Origin: Dehalococcoidia bacterium
GTDB lineage: Bacteria > Chloroflexota > Dehalococcoidia > UBA2979
DNA length: 64,000 bases
Assembly: GCA_963667465.2 (NCBI GenBank)
Contig: CAXXDN010000002.1
Span: 960,001-1,024,000, forward strand
Direction: 5' to 3'
Positions 20,011-29,474 of this stretch are shown here, in pieces. How positions within the stretch are numbered: the first letter of the stretch is position 1; each line of letters opens with the position of its first letter. The notes under the pieces were generated by a model. It did not search any database. It was not told where the DNA came from and saw only the letters and a program-made list of their open reading frames with translations. Made by a program: the position numbers and the translations under genes.

Positions 20011-21555
20011 ATGAGCCACGAACAGCACATCGATCAACTCGCCCAGATGAAGGCCAGCGCCGCACTCGGCGGAGGCCAGGATCGCATCGACGCCCAACAC
20101 GCGCGGGAGAAGCTCACCGCGCGCGAACGCATCGAGACACTCATCGACCCCGGCAGCTTCGAGGAGCTCGACACGCTCGGCTTCGACTGGAACGAGAACG
20201 GCACAGGCGAGCGCTTCTACGGTGACGCCGTCGTCACCGGCTGGGGCCAGATCGACGGCCGCTACGTCTGCGTATTCGCGCAGGACTTCACGGTCTACGG
20301 CGGCTCACTCTCCACGGTGGTCGGCGAAAAGATGAGCAAGGCCATGGACCTCGCCATCAAGACCGGCGTTCCGATGATCGGCCTCAACGACTCGGGCGGC
20401 GCGCGCATCCAGGAGGGCGTCGCCTCGCTCGCCGGCTACGGCGACATCTTCTTCCGCAACGTCCGCGGCTCGGGCGTGATCCCGCAGATCAGCGTGATCA
20501 TGGGGCCCTGCGCCGGCGGCGCCGTCTACTCGCCCGCGATCACCGACTTCGTCTTCATGGTCGAGGGCACCTCGCAGATGTACATCACCGGCCCCGACGT
20601 CATCCAGAGCGTCACCGGCGAGCAGACCACCTTCGAGGAGCTCGGCGGCGCCATGTCCCACGCCGCCAAGTCCGGCGTCGCCCACTTCGCCTACTCGGAC
20701 GAGCAGACCTGCCTCGACGAGGTCCGCCGCCTCCTCTCCTTCCTCCCCGCCAACAACGTCGAGAACCCCCCGGGGCTCGACCAGGGCGACGACCCCAACC
20801 GCCTGCTCGATGACATCCTCGGCATCGTCCCGGACGACGACGCGCTGCCCTACGACGTGCGCGACCTGATCGAGCGGCTCGTCGACAACGGCGAGTTCAT
20901 GGAGGTGCACGAGTACTTCGCGCAGAACCTCGTCGTCGGGTTCGGACGGATCGGCGGCCAGAGCGTCGGCGTCGTCGCCAACCAGCCGATGTACCTCGGC
21001 GGCGTGCTGGACATCGACTCCTCGCGCAAAGCCGCGCGCTTCGTGCGCATCTGCGACGCCTTCAACGTGCCGATCATCACGCTGGTCGACGTGCCGGGTT
21101 ACCTGCCCGGCGTCTCGCAGGAGTACGGCGGCATCATCTCGCACGGGGCGAAACTGCTCTACGCCTACGCCGAGGCGACCGTGCCGAAGATCACCGTGAT
21201 CACACGCAAGGCCTTCGGCGGCGCCTACGTCGCGATGGGTTCGAAGCACCTCGGGGCGGACGTCAACTTCGTCTGGCCGGGCGGCGCGATCGCGGTGATG
21301 GGCGGACACCAGGCGGTGAACATCATCAACCGCCGCGAGCTGCAAGCCGCCGAGGACGAGGCGGCCGTCCGCGCCGAACTCGTCGCCGACTACCAGACCC
21401 GCTTCGAGCATCCCTACATCGCAGCGGCGAAGGGCTACGTCGACGACGTGATCGACCCGCGCGAGACGCGCCGCCGCATCGCGACGGCGTTGCGGATCCT
21501 GCAGAGCAAGGCCGAGTCGCCGCTGGCGAAGAAGCACGGGAACATCCCGCTGTAG
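20011..21555 (+). CDS. Acyl-CoA carboxylase carboxyltransferase subunit (PccB/MmdA-like)
   Basis: [55 protein letters not shown]. Confidence 0.95.
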   Translation: MSHEQHIDQLAQMKASAALGGGQDRIDAQHAREKLTARERIETLIDPGSFEELDTLGFDWNENGTGERFYGDAVVTGWGQIDGRYVCVFAQDFTVYGGSLSTVVGEKMSKAMDLAIKTGVPMIGLNDSGGARIQEGVASLAGYGDIFFRNVRGSGVIPQISVIMGPCAGGAVYSPAITDFVFMVEGTSQMYITGPDVIQSVTGEQTTFEELGGAMSHAAKSGVAHFAYSDEQTCLDEVRRLLSFLPANNVENPPGLDQGDDPNRLLDDILGIVPDDDALPYDVRDLIERLVDNGEFMEVHEYFAQNLVVGFGRIGGQSVGVVANQPMYLGGVLDIDSSRKAARFVRICDAFNVPIITLVDVPGYLPGVSQEYGGIISHGAKLLYAYAEATVPKITVITRKAFGGAYVAMGSKHLGADVNFVWPGGAIAVMGGHQAVNIINRRELQAAEDEAAVRAELVADYQTRFEHPYIAAAKGYVDDVIDPRETRRRIATALRILQSKAESPLAKKHGNIPL

Positions 21556-21652
21556 CGCCGCACGAGGGCTGGCGCGAGAGCGCCCAGCCACGGCGACGCC
21601 AGGCGGCGGAAACAACAAGGCGTGCGAACGCGCAACTGAAGGAGCCCGCCCG

Positions 21653-22870
21653 ATGGCGAAAATCCCCGTAGCCAACCCGATCGTCGAGCTCGACGGCGAC
21701 GAGATGACGCGCATCATCTGGGCCTGGATCCGCGAACGGCTGATCCTCCCGTACCTCGACATCGACCTGAAGTACTACGACCTCAGCATCCAGTCGCGCG
21801 ATGAGACCAACGACCAGATCACCGTGGACTGCGCGAAGGCGATCCAGCAGTACGGCGTCGGCGTGAAGTGCGCAACGATCACCGCCGACGAAGACCGTGT
21901 CGAGGAGTTCGGCCTCAAGGAGATGTGGCCCTCCCCCAACGGCACAATCCGCAACATCCTCGGCGGCACCGTCTTCCGCGAGCCGATCGTGATCTCGAAC
22001 GTGCCGCGGCTCGTGCCCGGCTGGACGCAGCCGATGGTGATCGGCCGCCACGCCCACGGCGACCAGTACCGCGCCACCGACTTCGTCGTCCCCGGCGCCG
22101 GCAGGCTGACGATGACCTTCACCCCCGCCGACGGCGGCGAGCCGACCGAGTACGAGGTGATGGACTTCCCCGGCGGCGGCACCGCCATGGGCATGTACAA
22201 CCTCGACGAGTCGATCCGCGGCTTCGCGCGCGCCTGCATGAACTACTCGCTGCAGCGCCAGTTCCCGCTCTACTTCGCGACGAAGAACACGATCCTCAAG
22301 CGCTACGACGGCCGCTTCCGCGACCTCTTCCAGCAGGTCTTCGACGACGAGTTCTCCGACAAGTTCGCCGAGGCGGGCCTGACCTACGAGCACCGCCTGA
22401 TCGACGACATGGTCGCGCAAGCCATGAAGTGGAACGGCGGCTTCGTCTGGGCCTGCAAGAACTACGACGGCGACGTGCAGTCCGACGTGGTCGCGCAGGG
22501 CTACGGCTCGCTCGGCCTGATGACCTCCGTGCTGCTCACGCCGGACGGCAACACGGTGGAGGCGGAGGCGGCGCACGGCACCGTCACGCGCCACTACCGC
22601 GAGCACCTGCGGGGCAACGCGACCTCGACCAACCCGATCGCCTCGATCTTCGCGTGGACGCGCGGCCTGCAGTACCGCGGCCGCATGGACAACACGCCCG
22701 AGGTCGAGCAGTTCGCCGAGGTCGTCGAGCGCGCCTGCATCGAGACCGTCGAGGCCGGCAACATGACCAAGGACCTGGCGATGCACATCGGGCCCGATGT
22801 GCCGTTCCTGAACACCGGCGCCTTCTTCGACAGCATTGAGGAGCGCCTGCAGCAGGAAATGGGCTCCTGA
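21653..22870 (+). CDS. icd: NADP-dependent isocitrate dehydrogenase
   Basis: [50 protein letters not shown]. Confidence 0.97.
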   Translation: MAKIPVANPIVELDGDEMTRIIWAWIRERLILPYLDIDLKYYDLSIQSRDETNDQITVDCAKAIQQYGVGVKCATITADEDRVEEFGLKEMWPSPNGTIRNILGGTVFREPIVISNVPRLVPGWTQPMVIGRHAHGDQYRATDFVVPGAGRLTMTFTPADGGEPTEYEVMDFPGGGTAMGMYNLDESIRGFARACMNYSLQRQFPLYFATKNTILKRYDGRFRDLFQQVFDDEFSDKFAEAGLTYEHRLIDDMVAQAMKWNGGFVWACKNYDGDVQSDVVAQGYGSLGLMTSVLLTPDGNTVEAEAAHGTVTRHYREHLRGNATSTNPIASIFAWTRGLQYRGRMDNTPEVEQFAEVVERACIETVEAGNMTKDLAMHIGPDVPFLNTGAFFDSIEERLQQEMGS

Positions 22871-22960
22871 GCGCAGCCGAGTCCGGGCAGACCAGCAGCA
22901 CAGCAGACTGAGCGGGCGTCCACGCGCGACGCGCGGCCCGCAACGCCGAGGGGGGACAGC

Positions 22961-23893
22961 GTGCGGAGCAAGGTGACGATTGTCGGCGCGGGGAACACCG
23001 GCGCCACCATGGCGCAGATCCTCGCCTCGCGCGGCTACGCCGACGTCATGCTGATCGACATCGTCGAAGGCCTGCCGCAGGGCAAGGCGCTCGACATCGC
23101 CGAGGGCGCCCCGTGGGTCGGCTTCAGTAGCTCCGTCAGCGGCACCAACGACTGGGCGGACACCGCCGGCTCCGACGTCGTCGTCGTCACCTCGGGCGTC
23201 GCCCGCCGGCCCGGCATGACGCGCGAGGACCTGCTCGGCACCAACGCCGGGATCGTGCGCAGCGTCGTCGCGCAGGCCGTCGAGCACTCGCCCGACGCCG
23301 TGCTGGTCATCTTCGCCAACCCGATGGACGCAATGTGCCATGTCGCCCTCGAGACGAGCGGGCTGCCCGCCACGCGCGTCATCGGCCAGGGCGGGATGCT
23401 CGACAGCACCCGCTACCGCACCTTCATCGCGATGGAGCTCGGCGTCTCGGTGCGCGACGTCTCGGCCTGGGTCCTCGGCGGCCACACCGAGGCGACGATG
23501 GTCCCGATCGTCTCCACTGCGACGGTCGGCGGCGTCCCGCTGAGCGCGCTCATGGCGCAGGCCCGCATCGACGCCGTCGCGGACCGCACGATGAAGGGCG
23601 GCGCCGAGATCGTCGGCCTGCTCAAGACCGGCTCCGCCTTCACCGCCCCCGCCGCTGCGACAATCGAGATGGTCGACGCCATCCTCCGCGACGAGCGCCG
23701 CATCCTCCCCTGCTGCACGCTCCTGGACGGCCAATGGGGCATCGAGAACGCCTACGTGGGCGCCCCGGTCCTGCTCGGCGCCGGCGGCATCCTCGAGGTC
23801 TACGAGCCCCCGCTGGCGGACTCGGAGGTTGCAGCGGTGCGGGCTGCGGGCGAGGCGGTGCTGGAGCTGGTGGCGGCTACGCCGCAGGGGTAG
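22961..23893 (+). CDS. mdh: Malate dehydrogenase (LDH-like)
   Basis: VGAGNTG, GKALD, RRPGMTREDLL, NPMD, LDSTR, GGAEIVGLLKTGSA. Confidence 0.96.
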   Translation: MRSKVTIVGAGNTGATMAQILASRGYADVMLIDIVEGLPQGKALDIAEGAPWVGFSSSVSGTNDWADTAGSDVVVVTSGVARRPGMTREDLLGTNAGIVRSVVAQAVEHSPDAVLVIFANPMDAMCHVALETSGLPATRVIGQGGMLDSTRYRTFIAMELGVSVRDVSAWVLGGHTEATMVPIVSTATVGGVPLSALMAQARIDAVADRTMKGGAEIVGLLKTGSAFTAPAAATIEMVDAILRDERRILPCCTLLDGQWGIENAYVGAPVLLGAGGILEVYEPPLADSEVAAVRAAGEAVLELVAATPQG

Positions 23894-23904
23894 GCGATTC
23901 CGGC

Positions 23905-24483
23905 CTACGAGTTGGAGGCGCGCTCCAGAGTGAACGTGCCATGGGTCGCGCGATCACGACCCGTGTAGTACGTGCCGTCCATACTGCCGTCCTTGCGGAG
24001 TGCCAGTTCCGCAGTGCCTTCGTGGATGTGCAAGCCCTCCCCGGCCTCCATCGGTCGGTTGAGGTATGTGTGGATGAGCACGGCCTCCAATCCTCGGGAA
24101 CGAATGAACGCGAACCCAGAACTCTGGGACTCCGACCGCCCAAATCGCCCGACGATTGAGATCTTGCTCCAAGTCTGCGCTATCTCAATTTCTGCATCGA
24201 AGTCTGTGCCCCCGTGTGATGACCTGCCGGAGCCTCGCCAAGTCCCGGAGAGGTCTGGCACATGCGAGATGCCGATTCGGCGCGCGGCCCGCCAGAGCCA
24301 TCTCTCATAAAGCCACAGGAGTGCACCGTACAAGGTAACAGGGGAACCGAACCTCAGCGCCGTGACGAAATCGAGGTTAGCGTCGTACGACGAGAACACA
24401 ATCACGGCCAACGCTGTAGAGACCAGACCGATACCGATCTTGACCCACCGCCCCTCGTCAATATCGGTACCGTAGCTGTGCAT
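23905..24483 (-). CDS. cap15: CBASS 2TM + beta-barrel effector (Cap15-like)
   Basis: Two N-terminal TM helices, then PDLSGTWRG, IAQTWSKISI, SESQS, YLNRP, HEGTAEL, GTYYTGRDR..G; directly downstream of a CD-NTase; lower GC. Confidence 0.88.
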   Translation of the reverse strand: MHSYGTDIDEGRWVKIGIGLVSTALAVIVFSSYDANLDFVTALRFGSPVTLYGALLWLYERWLWRAARRIGISHVPDLSGTWRGSGRSSHGGTDFDAEIEIAQTWSKISIVGRFGRSESQSSGFAFIRSRGLEAVLIHTYLNRPMEAGEGLHIHEGTAELALRKDGSMDGTYYTGRDRATHGTFTLERASNS

Positions 24484-24486
24484 TGG

Positions 24487-25389
24487 TCACGCCCGCAGCA
24501 GCGAGGCCCACGCTGCGTCCACAAAGGTTCGAGCGTCTTGGGTGTTCCACTGCGTATTACCGTCGCCGAATAGAGAGACAATCCCATTCAAACTGATGGG
24601 CTCTGTGCCCCATCCTCGCTCGTAGGCGATGAGTACGGACATCAAGTCTGCCAACACGTCAGCTACACGCCCTCGCGGGTCATGTGAGTAGAACTTCGCG
24701 TCGCTGGCATTGGAAATAAGGCACTCCACGTAGTAGGACGGAACGGACCCTTTGGGGAGTGCTCCCGAGTCATACAGGGCATTGCGGAGGTTCTTCAGGA
24801 TTCGCACCGTCGGCTTGAAATTGCCGTCGCATCGCCTGTTCTTATCCTCCCCGTTCGCGCGGTGCTGTTTCGGGAAGTTAACAAACATCTCGCCAGACCG
24901 CGCCAGAAACGCCATTCCTTCTGCGTAGTCACCAATGCCACGGTATAGGCGGTAGTCAAATGCAGGCACTACATCGGAATTCACGGATCCAAATCCTGCA
25001 GCTACCTTTATTGCCTTGTTGCCTTCGCTCACACGACCCGGGAAGGCAACGCGCAAAGAACGCAGCACGTCCTCCCGGAAGCTGGAATAGTAGTAGGTTG
25101 CAGGGATGTGAGAACTGGCCACCGCATCTCTCTGGTACTGTGGCACCTCCAGGCGGTAGGCGTGAAAGAACGTTGCCGAAGACTGCACGACTATGTCAAC
25201 GTCACTGTCACCACTGATATTCGTCGCATTCGCGTAGGAGCCTTGCAGATAGACGTCGACCGAGCGAATCCGAAGTGCAGCGTCGGACTCGATGGCACCC
25301 TTGATGGACTGGTACGTCCGCGCGGACGCGACATCGTCGCCTTGTCGTGACCAAAGGGCCAGCAGCGCATCGACGTGCGAGGCAACCAT
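24487..25389 (-). CDS. cGAS/DncV-like nucleotidyltransferase (CD-NTase, CdnE-like)
   Basis: [22 protein letters not shown] (hGS...DxD), [44 protein letters not shown]; ATG 25389 after a GGGGTG RBS-like site. Confidence 0.93.
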   Translation of the reverse strand: MVASHVDALLALWSRQGDDVASARTYQSIKGAIESDAALRIRSVDVYLQGSYANATNISGDSDVDIVVQSSATFFHAYRLEVPQYQRDAVASSHIPATYYYSSFREDVLRSLRVAFPGRVSEGNKAIKVAAGFGSVNSDVVPAFDYRLYRGIGDYAEGMAFLARSGEMFVNFPKQHRANGEDKNRRCDGNFKPTVRILKNLRNALYDSGALPKGSVPSYYVECLISNASDAKFYSHDPRGRVADVLADLMSVLIAYERGWGTEPISLNGIVSLFGDGNTQWNTQDARTFVDAAWASLLRA

Positions 25390-25409
25390 AGGAACTTCAC
25401 CCCTACACA

Positions 25410-25438
25410 ATTGGAAACCCGCAAACTCACGTTGTCAA
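25410..25438 (-). promoter_or_regulatory. Sigma70-type promoter for the CBASS operon
   Basis: TTGACA (25438-25433), 17-nt spacer, TCCAAT (25415-25410), 20 nt upstream of the CD-NTase ATG. Confidence 0.7.
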
Positions 25439-25704
25439 TAGCTACCGCCTCCAACCTCCCCCGCCCCGAAGCTCGTCACCCCCACCGTCCCCGTTACGTC
25501 GAGGCGGAAGATGCCGTGCTCGTCGGTGTCGATGGCGCGTGCGGCCTCGAGGCGCACCTCGTCCGTGGCATAGGACCCTCACCCCCTTGGGTGGATCGAA
25601 GCCCACACGCCGTCCTGCGCCGCCCCCCTGCTGCCCACAACCCCCAACACCGCTACCCTCCTCCCGACCCGCACAGCACCACCCCGGCGAGGGAGCACGA
25701 GGCC

Positions 25705-27093
25705 ATGAGCAAGACCCGCACCGAGACCGACAGCATGGGCGCCATCGAGGTGGCCGCTGACAGGTACTGGGGGGCGCAGACGCAGCGCTCGCTGGAGAAC
25801 TTCAAGATCGGGGACGAGCGCATGCCGCGCGCGATTATCCGCGCCCTCGGCATCGTCAAGCACGCCTCGGCGAGCGCCAATGAGTCGCTCGTCAGGCTCG
25901 ACTCCGGGCTCGCCGACGCCATCCGCTCCGCCGCGCAGGAGGTGATCGACGGCGACCTCGACGACCACTTCCCGCTCGTCGTCTGGCAGACCGGCTCCGG
26001 CACCCAGTCCAACATGAACGCCAACGAGGTGATCTCCAACCGCGCCATCGAGCTGCTCGGCGGCGAGCGCGGCTCCAAGGACCCGATCCACCCCAACGAC
26101 CACGTCAACATGTCGCAGTCCTCGAACGACGTCTTCCCCGGCGCCATGTCGATCGCGACCGCCGAGGAGGTCACGCACCGCCTCGTGCCCGGCCTCACGC
26201 ACCTGCACGCGGCGCTGGCGGCGAAGCAGGCGGCCTTCGAGGACATCGTGAAGATCGGCCGCACGCACCTGATGGACGCGACGCCGCTGACGCTGGGCCA
26301 GGAGTTCTCCGGTTACGTCAAGCAAGTCGAGAATGCGATCCTGCGCGTGCAGAGCGCGCTCCCGCGGATCAGCGAGCTCGCCCTCGGCGGCACCGCCGTC
26401 GGCACTGGCCTCAACGCCCACCCCGAGTACGGCGAGCGCGTCGCCGAGGAGATCGCGAGCATGACGGGGCTGCCGTTCGTGACCGCGCCCAACAAGTTCG
26501 AGTCGCTCGCCGCGCACGACGCGCAGGTCGAGCTGTCGGGTCAGCTCAAGACCGTGGCCGCCTCGCTGATGAAGATCGCGAACGACGTGCGGCTGCTCGG
26601 CTCCGGGCCGCGCGCCGGCGTCGCCGAGCTGATGCTGCCCGCCAACGAGCCGGGTTCCTCGATCATGCCGGGCAAGGTGAACCCCACCCAGTCCGAGGCG
26701 CTGACGATGGTCTGCGCGCAGGTGATCGGCAACGACGTGGCGGTCAACGTCGGCGGCGCGACGGGGCACTTTGAGCTCAACGTCTTCAAGCCGGTGATCG
26801 TCTACAACACCCTGCAGTCGATCCGCCTGCTCGGCGACGCCGCCGTCTCCTTCACTGACAACTGCGTCGTCAGCATCGAGCCGAACCACGCGCGCATCCG
26901 CGAGCTGATGGAGTCCTCGCTGATGCTGGTGACGGCGCTCAGCCCGCACATCGGCTACGACCGCGCCGCCGAGGTCGCCCACCACGCCCACGTCCACAGC
27001 TCGACGCTGCGCGAGGCCGCGCTGGACCTCGGCTACGTCACGGACGCCGAGTTCGACGAGTGGGTGAAGCCCGAGGAGATGACGCACCCGTAG
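25705..27093 (+). CDS. fumC: Class II fumarate hydratase
   Basis: [42 protein letters not shown]; GGAG RBS before ATG 25705. Confidence 0.98.
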   Translation: MSKTRTETDSMGAIEVAADRYWGAQTQRSLENFKIGDERMPRAIIRALGIVKHASASANESLVRLDSGLADAIRSAAQEVIDGDLDDHFPLVVWQTGSGTQSNMNANEVISNRAIELLGGERGSKDPIHPNDHVNMSQSSNDVFPGAMSIATAEEVTHRLVPGLTHLHAALAAKQAAFEDIVKIGRTHLMDATPLTLGQEFSGYVKQVENAILRVQSALPRISELALGGTAVGTGLNAHPEYGERVAEEIASMTGLPFVTAPNKFESLAAHDAQVELSGQLKTVAASLMKIANDVRLLGSGPRAGVAELMLPANEPGSSIMPGKVNPTQSEALTMVCAQVIGNDVAVNVGGATGHFELNVFKPVIVYNTLQSIRLLGDAAVSFTDNCVVSIEPNHARIRELMESSLMLVTALSPHIGYDRAAEVAHHAHVHSSTLREAALDLGYVTDAEFDEWVKPEEMTHP

Positions 27094-27379
27094 CGGCGCG
27101 CAAGCGGCGGCGGGTTCCCCTTACCCCAGCCTCCTCTCCGGCCCCCTCTCCCCTCGCGGGAGAGGGCGGGGGTGAGGGGGCCGCGCGGCAGCGCGCAAGC
27201 GGCTGCGGCTTCCCCCTACCCCCAGCCTCCTCTCCGGCCCCCTCTCCCCTCGCGGGAGAGGGCGGGGGTGAGGGGCGCCGCGTAGCGGCGCGCAAGCGGC
27301 TGCGGGTTCCCCCTACCCCCAGCCTCCTCTCCGGCCCCCTCTCCCCTCGCGGGAGAGGGCGGGGGTGGGGGGCGCCGCG
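27089..27379. repeat. Three tandem ~96-bp REP/BIME-like palindromic units
   Basis: Units start near 27089, 27186 and 27281; each has gcgcgcaagcggc...taccccc?agcctcctctccggcc and the hairpin CCCTCTCCC-ctcgc-GGGAGAGGG followed by cgggggtg(a/g)gggg. Confidence 0.92.
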
Positions 27380-27537
27380 CGGCGGCGCGGCGTCTCCAGG
27401 CGGCACTCCGCGAACATTGAGCGAGTCCTCGGGTCGGGACTCAGGGATTCTGCCAGGGGAGGGGGATCGAGCGGCGCTGCGGCTCTGCTCCCGTCAGGAG
27501 AGAGGGGTTCGGAAGGCGAGGGTGGGTGTGCGGCGCA

Positions 27538-27708
27538 CTACTCCCTCGAGCGGAGGAAGACGGCGACGAGGCCGGCGAGGATGCCCGCCAGGCCGCCCGT
27601 CACGAACGCCGGCGGGTCTGCGGCCAGTTCGGCGACAACGCCGACGATCACGCCGACGACGACACCCGCGCCGATGGTCATGAACATCGAGTTCAGCCGG
27701 TCGGTCAT
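27538..27708 (-). CDS. 56-aa two-TM membrane microprotein
   Basis: Below the ORF-track cutoff. GAGG RBS; MTDRLNSMFMTIGAGVVVGVIVGVVAELAADPPAFVTGGLAGILAGLVAVFLRSRE*; GC3-rich codons. Confidence 0.72.
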   Translation of the reverse strand: MTDRLNSMFMTIGAGVVVGVIVGVVAELAADPPAFVTGGLAGILAGLVAVFLRSRE

Positions 27709-27750
27709 CGTGCCCGCCTCGCTCGCTGCGGGTCGCCCGCTCGCGGCAAG

Positions 27751-27915
27751 CTACAGCCTCGAGTGCAGGAGGCCGACCACGAGTGCGACGACGACACCGA
27801 CCACGGCCCCCACAACGGCAGGCGGCAGATCCGTGGATACCCCGAAGAGCACGGCGATGATCAGGCCGAGCACCAGGCCCAGGCCGATGAGAGTGAACAA
27901 TTTGCCGAGGCCCAT
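27751..27915 (-). CDS. 54-aa two-TM membrane microprotein
   Basis: Below the ORF-track cutoff. GAGGAGG RBS; MGLGKLFTLIGLGLVLGLIIAVLFGVSTDLPPAVVGAVVGVVVALVVGLLHSRL*. Confidence 0.78.
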   Translation of the reverse strand: MGLGKLFTLIGLGLVLGLIIAVLFGVSTDLPPAVVGAVVGVVVALVVGLLHSRL

Positions 27916-27953
27916 AGCCCCTCCTCGCTTGCCGGGTCGCGTTCGGGGACAGT

Positions 27954-28283
27954 CTATATGACGACGACGGCGGCCCAGACGGCCCCGGCGAGCGCGCCGA
28001 GGTAGCAGAGCACGGCGATCGGCGTCGCGGACGAGCGCAGGCCGAGGTCCTTGAGCAGGTGGCGGATGCGGTGCGCGGCGTGGAAGAAGCCCAGGAACGC
28101 CACCCCGAAGATGACCAGCCGCACGAGCCAGAAGCCAAAGAGGTTGTCGAGCTGGTCGAACTCGATGCCCTCGGCAGGGACGACGAAGCCGGTGATGACG
28201 ATCAGCACCGGGAGCAGGAACGCGGCGATCATGCCGCCGGCGGAGAAGATCGCCCAGAAGAACGGTTCGTTCGAAGGTCTCAC
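27954..28283 (-). CDS. frdD: Fumarate reductase membrane anchor subunit D
   Basis: SNEPFFWAIFSAGG and HAAHRIRH are FrdD motifs; GTG start at 28283. Confidence 0.9.
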   Translation of the reverse strand: MRPSNEPFFWAIFSAGGMIAAFLLPVLIVITGFVVPAEGIEFDQLDNLFGFWLVRLVIFGVAFLGFFHAAHRIRHLLKDLGLRSSATPIAVLCYLGALAGAVWAAVVVI

Positions 28284-28294
28284 GCCGTCCCCCC

Positions 28295-28684
28295 CTACGC
28301 CGCGACCAGGAAGATCACGAGCACGATGACTGACACGGCCAGCCAGGCCCCGTTGACGCCCGCGATCAGCAGCTCTCCCGGAACGCGCCAGCCGCCGAGC
28401 TTCAGCGGCATCGCCTTCGGCACCAGCCGGAACCAGGTGGAGGTGTGGAACTGCACCAGGCCGAGGAGCACCGCGTGCACGATCCAGAGCAGCGGGTTCT
28501 TCAGCACGTCGAGATGGTCCGCGAACGCGCTCTCGCCCTCGCGGACGCTTGCGACGAGCAGCAGCAGCAGCACGAGGTAGCCCGCGACGGCGAATGCCGA
28601 GAGCTCGCGCAGCAGCACGAGGCGGTACGCCCAGCGCCGGTTCCACCAGTCGTTCGACTTCGTCCTCGGGAGCGGTCCGGGCAT
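28295..28684 (-). CDS. frdC: Fumarate reductase membrane anchor subunit C
   Basis: WW...YR...LRE, NP, HTSTWF..PK, three TM helices. Confidence 0.88.
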   Translation of the reverse strand: MPGPLPRTKSNDWWNRRWAYRLVLLRELSAFAVAGYLVLLLLLVASVREGESAFADHLDVLKNPLLWIVHAVLLGLVQFHTSTWFRLVPKAMPLKLGGWRVPGELLIAGVNGAWLAVSVIVLVIFLVAA

Positions 28685-28686
28685 CG

Positions 28687-29460
28687 TCAGCGACCCATTC
28701 CGGGGGGCGTGAAGGGCAGCAGCGAGATGAAGAAGCTGTTCGTCGCCTCCACCTTGGCCTGCTGGATCGCGGCAGCCGGGTCGACGTGCTTCGGGCAGAC
28801 CGTGCTGCACTCGCCGATGAAGGTGCAGTCCCAGATGCCCTCGTCGGACCAGATCAACTCCTGGCGTTGCGCGTTGCCCTCGTCGCGCGAGTCGAGGTTG
28901 TAGCGCTGCGCGAGGGCGAGCGCGGCAGGGCCGATGAACTCGTCCTCGTGCTCGTACACCGGGCAGGCGGCATAGCAGAGCATGCAGTTGATGCACATGC
29001 TGAACTGCTTGAAGTCGGCGAGCTGCGAGGGCGACTGGCGGTACTCGCCTTCCTCGATCGGCTGCTCTTCCTCGCGGATGATCCACGGCTTCACGTCGGT
29101 CAGCTTCTCCATGAAGTCGTCGAGGACGGTCACCATGTCGCGCTCGACGGGGAAGCCGCGCAGCGGCTCGACGCGGATCGGGCCGGGCATGAACTCGCGG
29201 AGGAAGGCGTTGCAGGTCAGGCGTGGGTAGCCGTTGACCATCATCCCGCAGCTGCCACAGACGCCCATCCGGCAGGACCAGCGGTAGCTGAGCGTGCCGT
29301 CGACCTCGTCCTTGAGCCAGTTGAGCGCGTCGAGGACTACCCACTCCTCGCGGTACGGCACCTCGTAGCTCTGATACGAGGGTTCCGTGTCCGTGTCGGG
29401 GTGATAGCGGAACACCTCGAGCGTCACGGTTTGCGTCGCGGTCATCGCTTCCGTGGTCAC
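28687..29460 (-). CDS. frdB: Fumarate reductase/succinate dehydrogenase iron-sulfur subunit
   Basis: SYRWSCRMGVCGSC, CINCMLCYAACP, CTFIGECSTVCPKHVDP. Confidence 0.95.
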   Translation of the reverse strand: MTTEAMTATQTVTLEVFRYHPDTDTEPSYQSYEVPYREEWVVLDALNWLKDEVDGTLSYRWSCRMGVCGSCGMMVNGYPRLTCNAFLREFMPGPIRVEPLRGFPVERDMVTVLDDFMEKLTDVKPWIIREEEQPIEEGEYRQSPSQLADFKQFSMCINCMLCYAACPVYEHEDEFIGPAALALAQRYNLDSRDEGNAQRQELIWSDEGIWDCTFIGECSTVCPKHVDPAAAIQQAKVEATNSFFISLLPFTPPGMGR

Positions 29461-29474
29461 GGCGCCTCCCGTCG

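Noticed and set aside
25435-25700. In-frame TGA at 25579-25581 as a selenocysteine codon (selB is in the window)
   Set aside because: No redox motif context, no credible start for the upstream part, and no convincing SECIS hairpin seen; treated as a remnant.
27089-27379. Possible CRISPR array
   Set aside because: Units are near-identical along their whole length with no unique spacers, and no cas genes are in the window.
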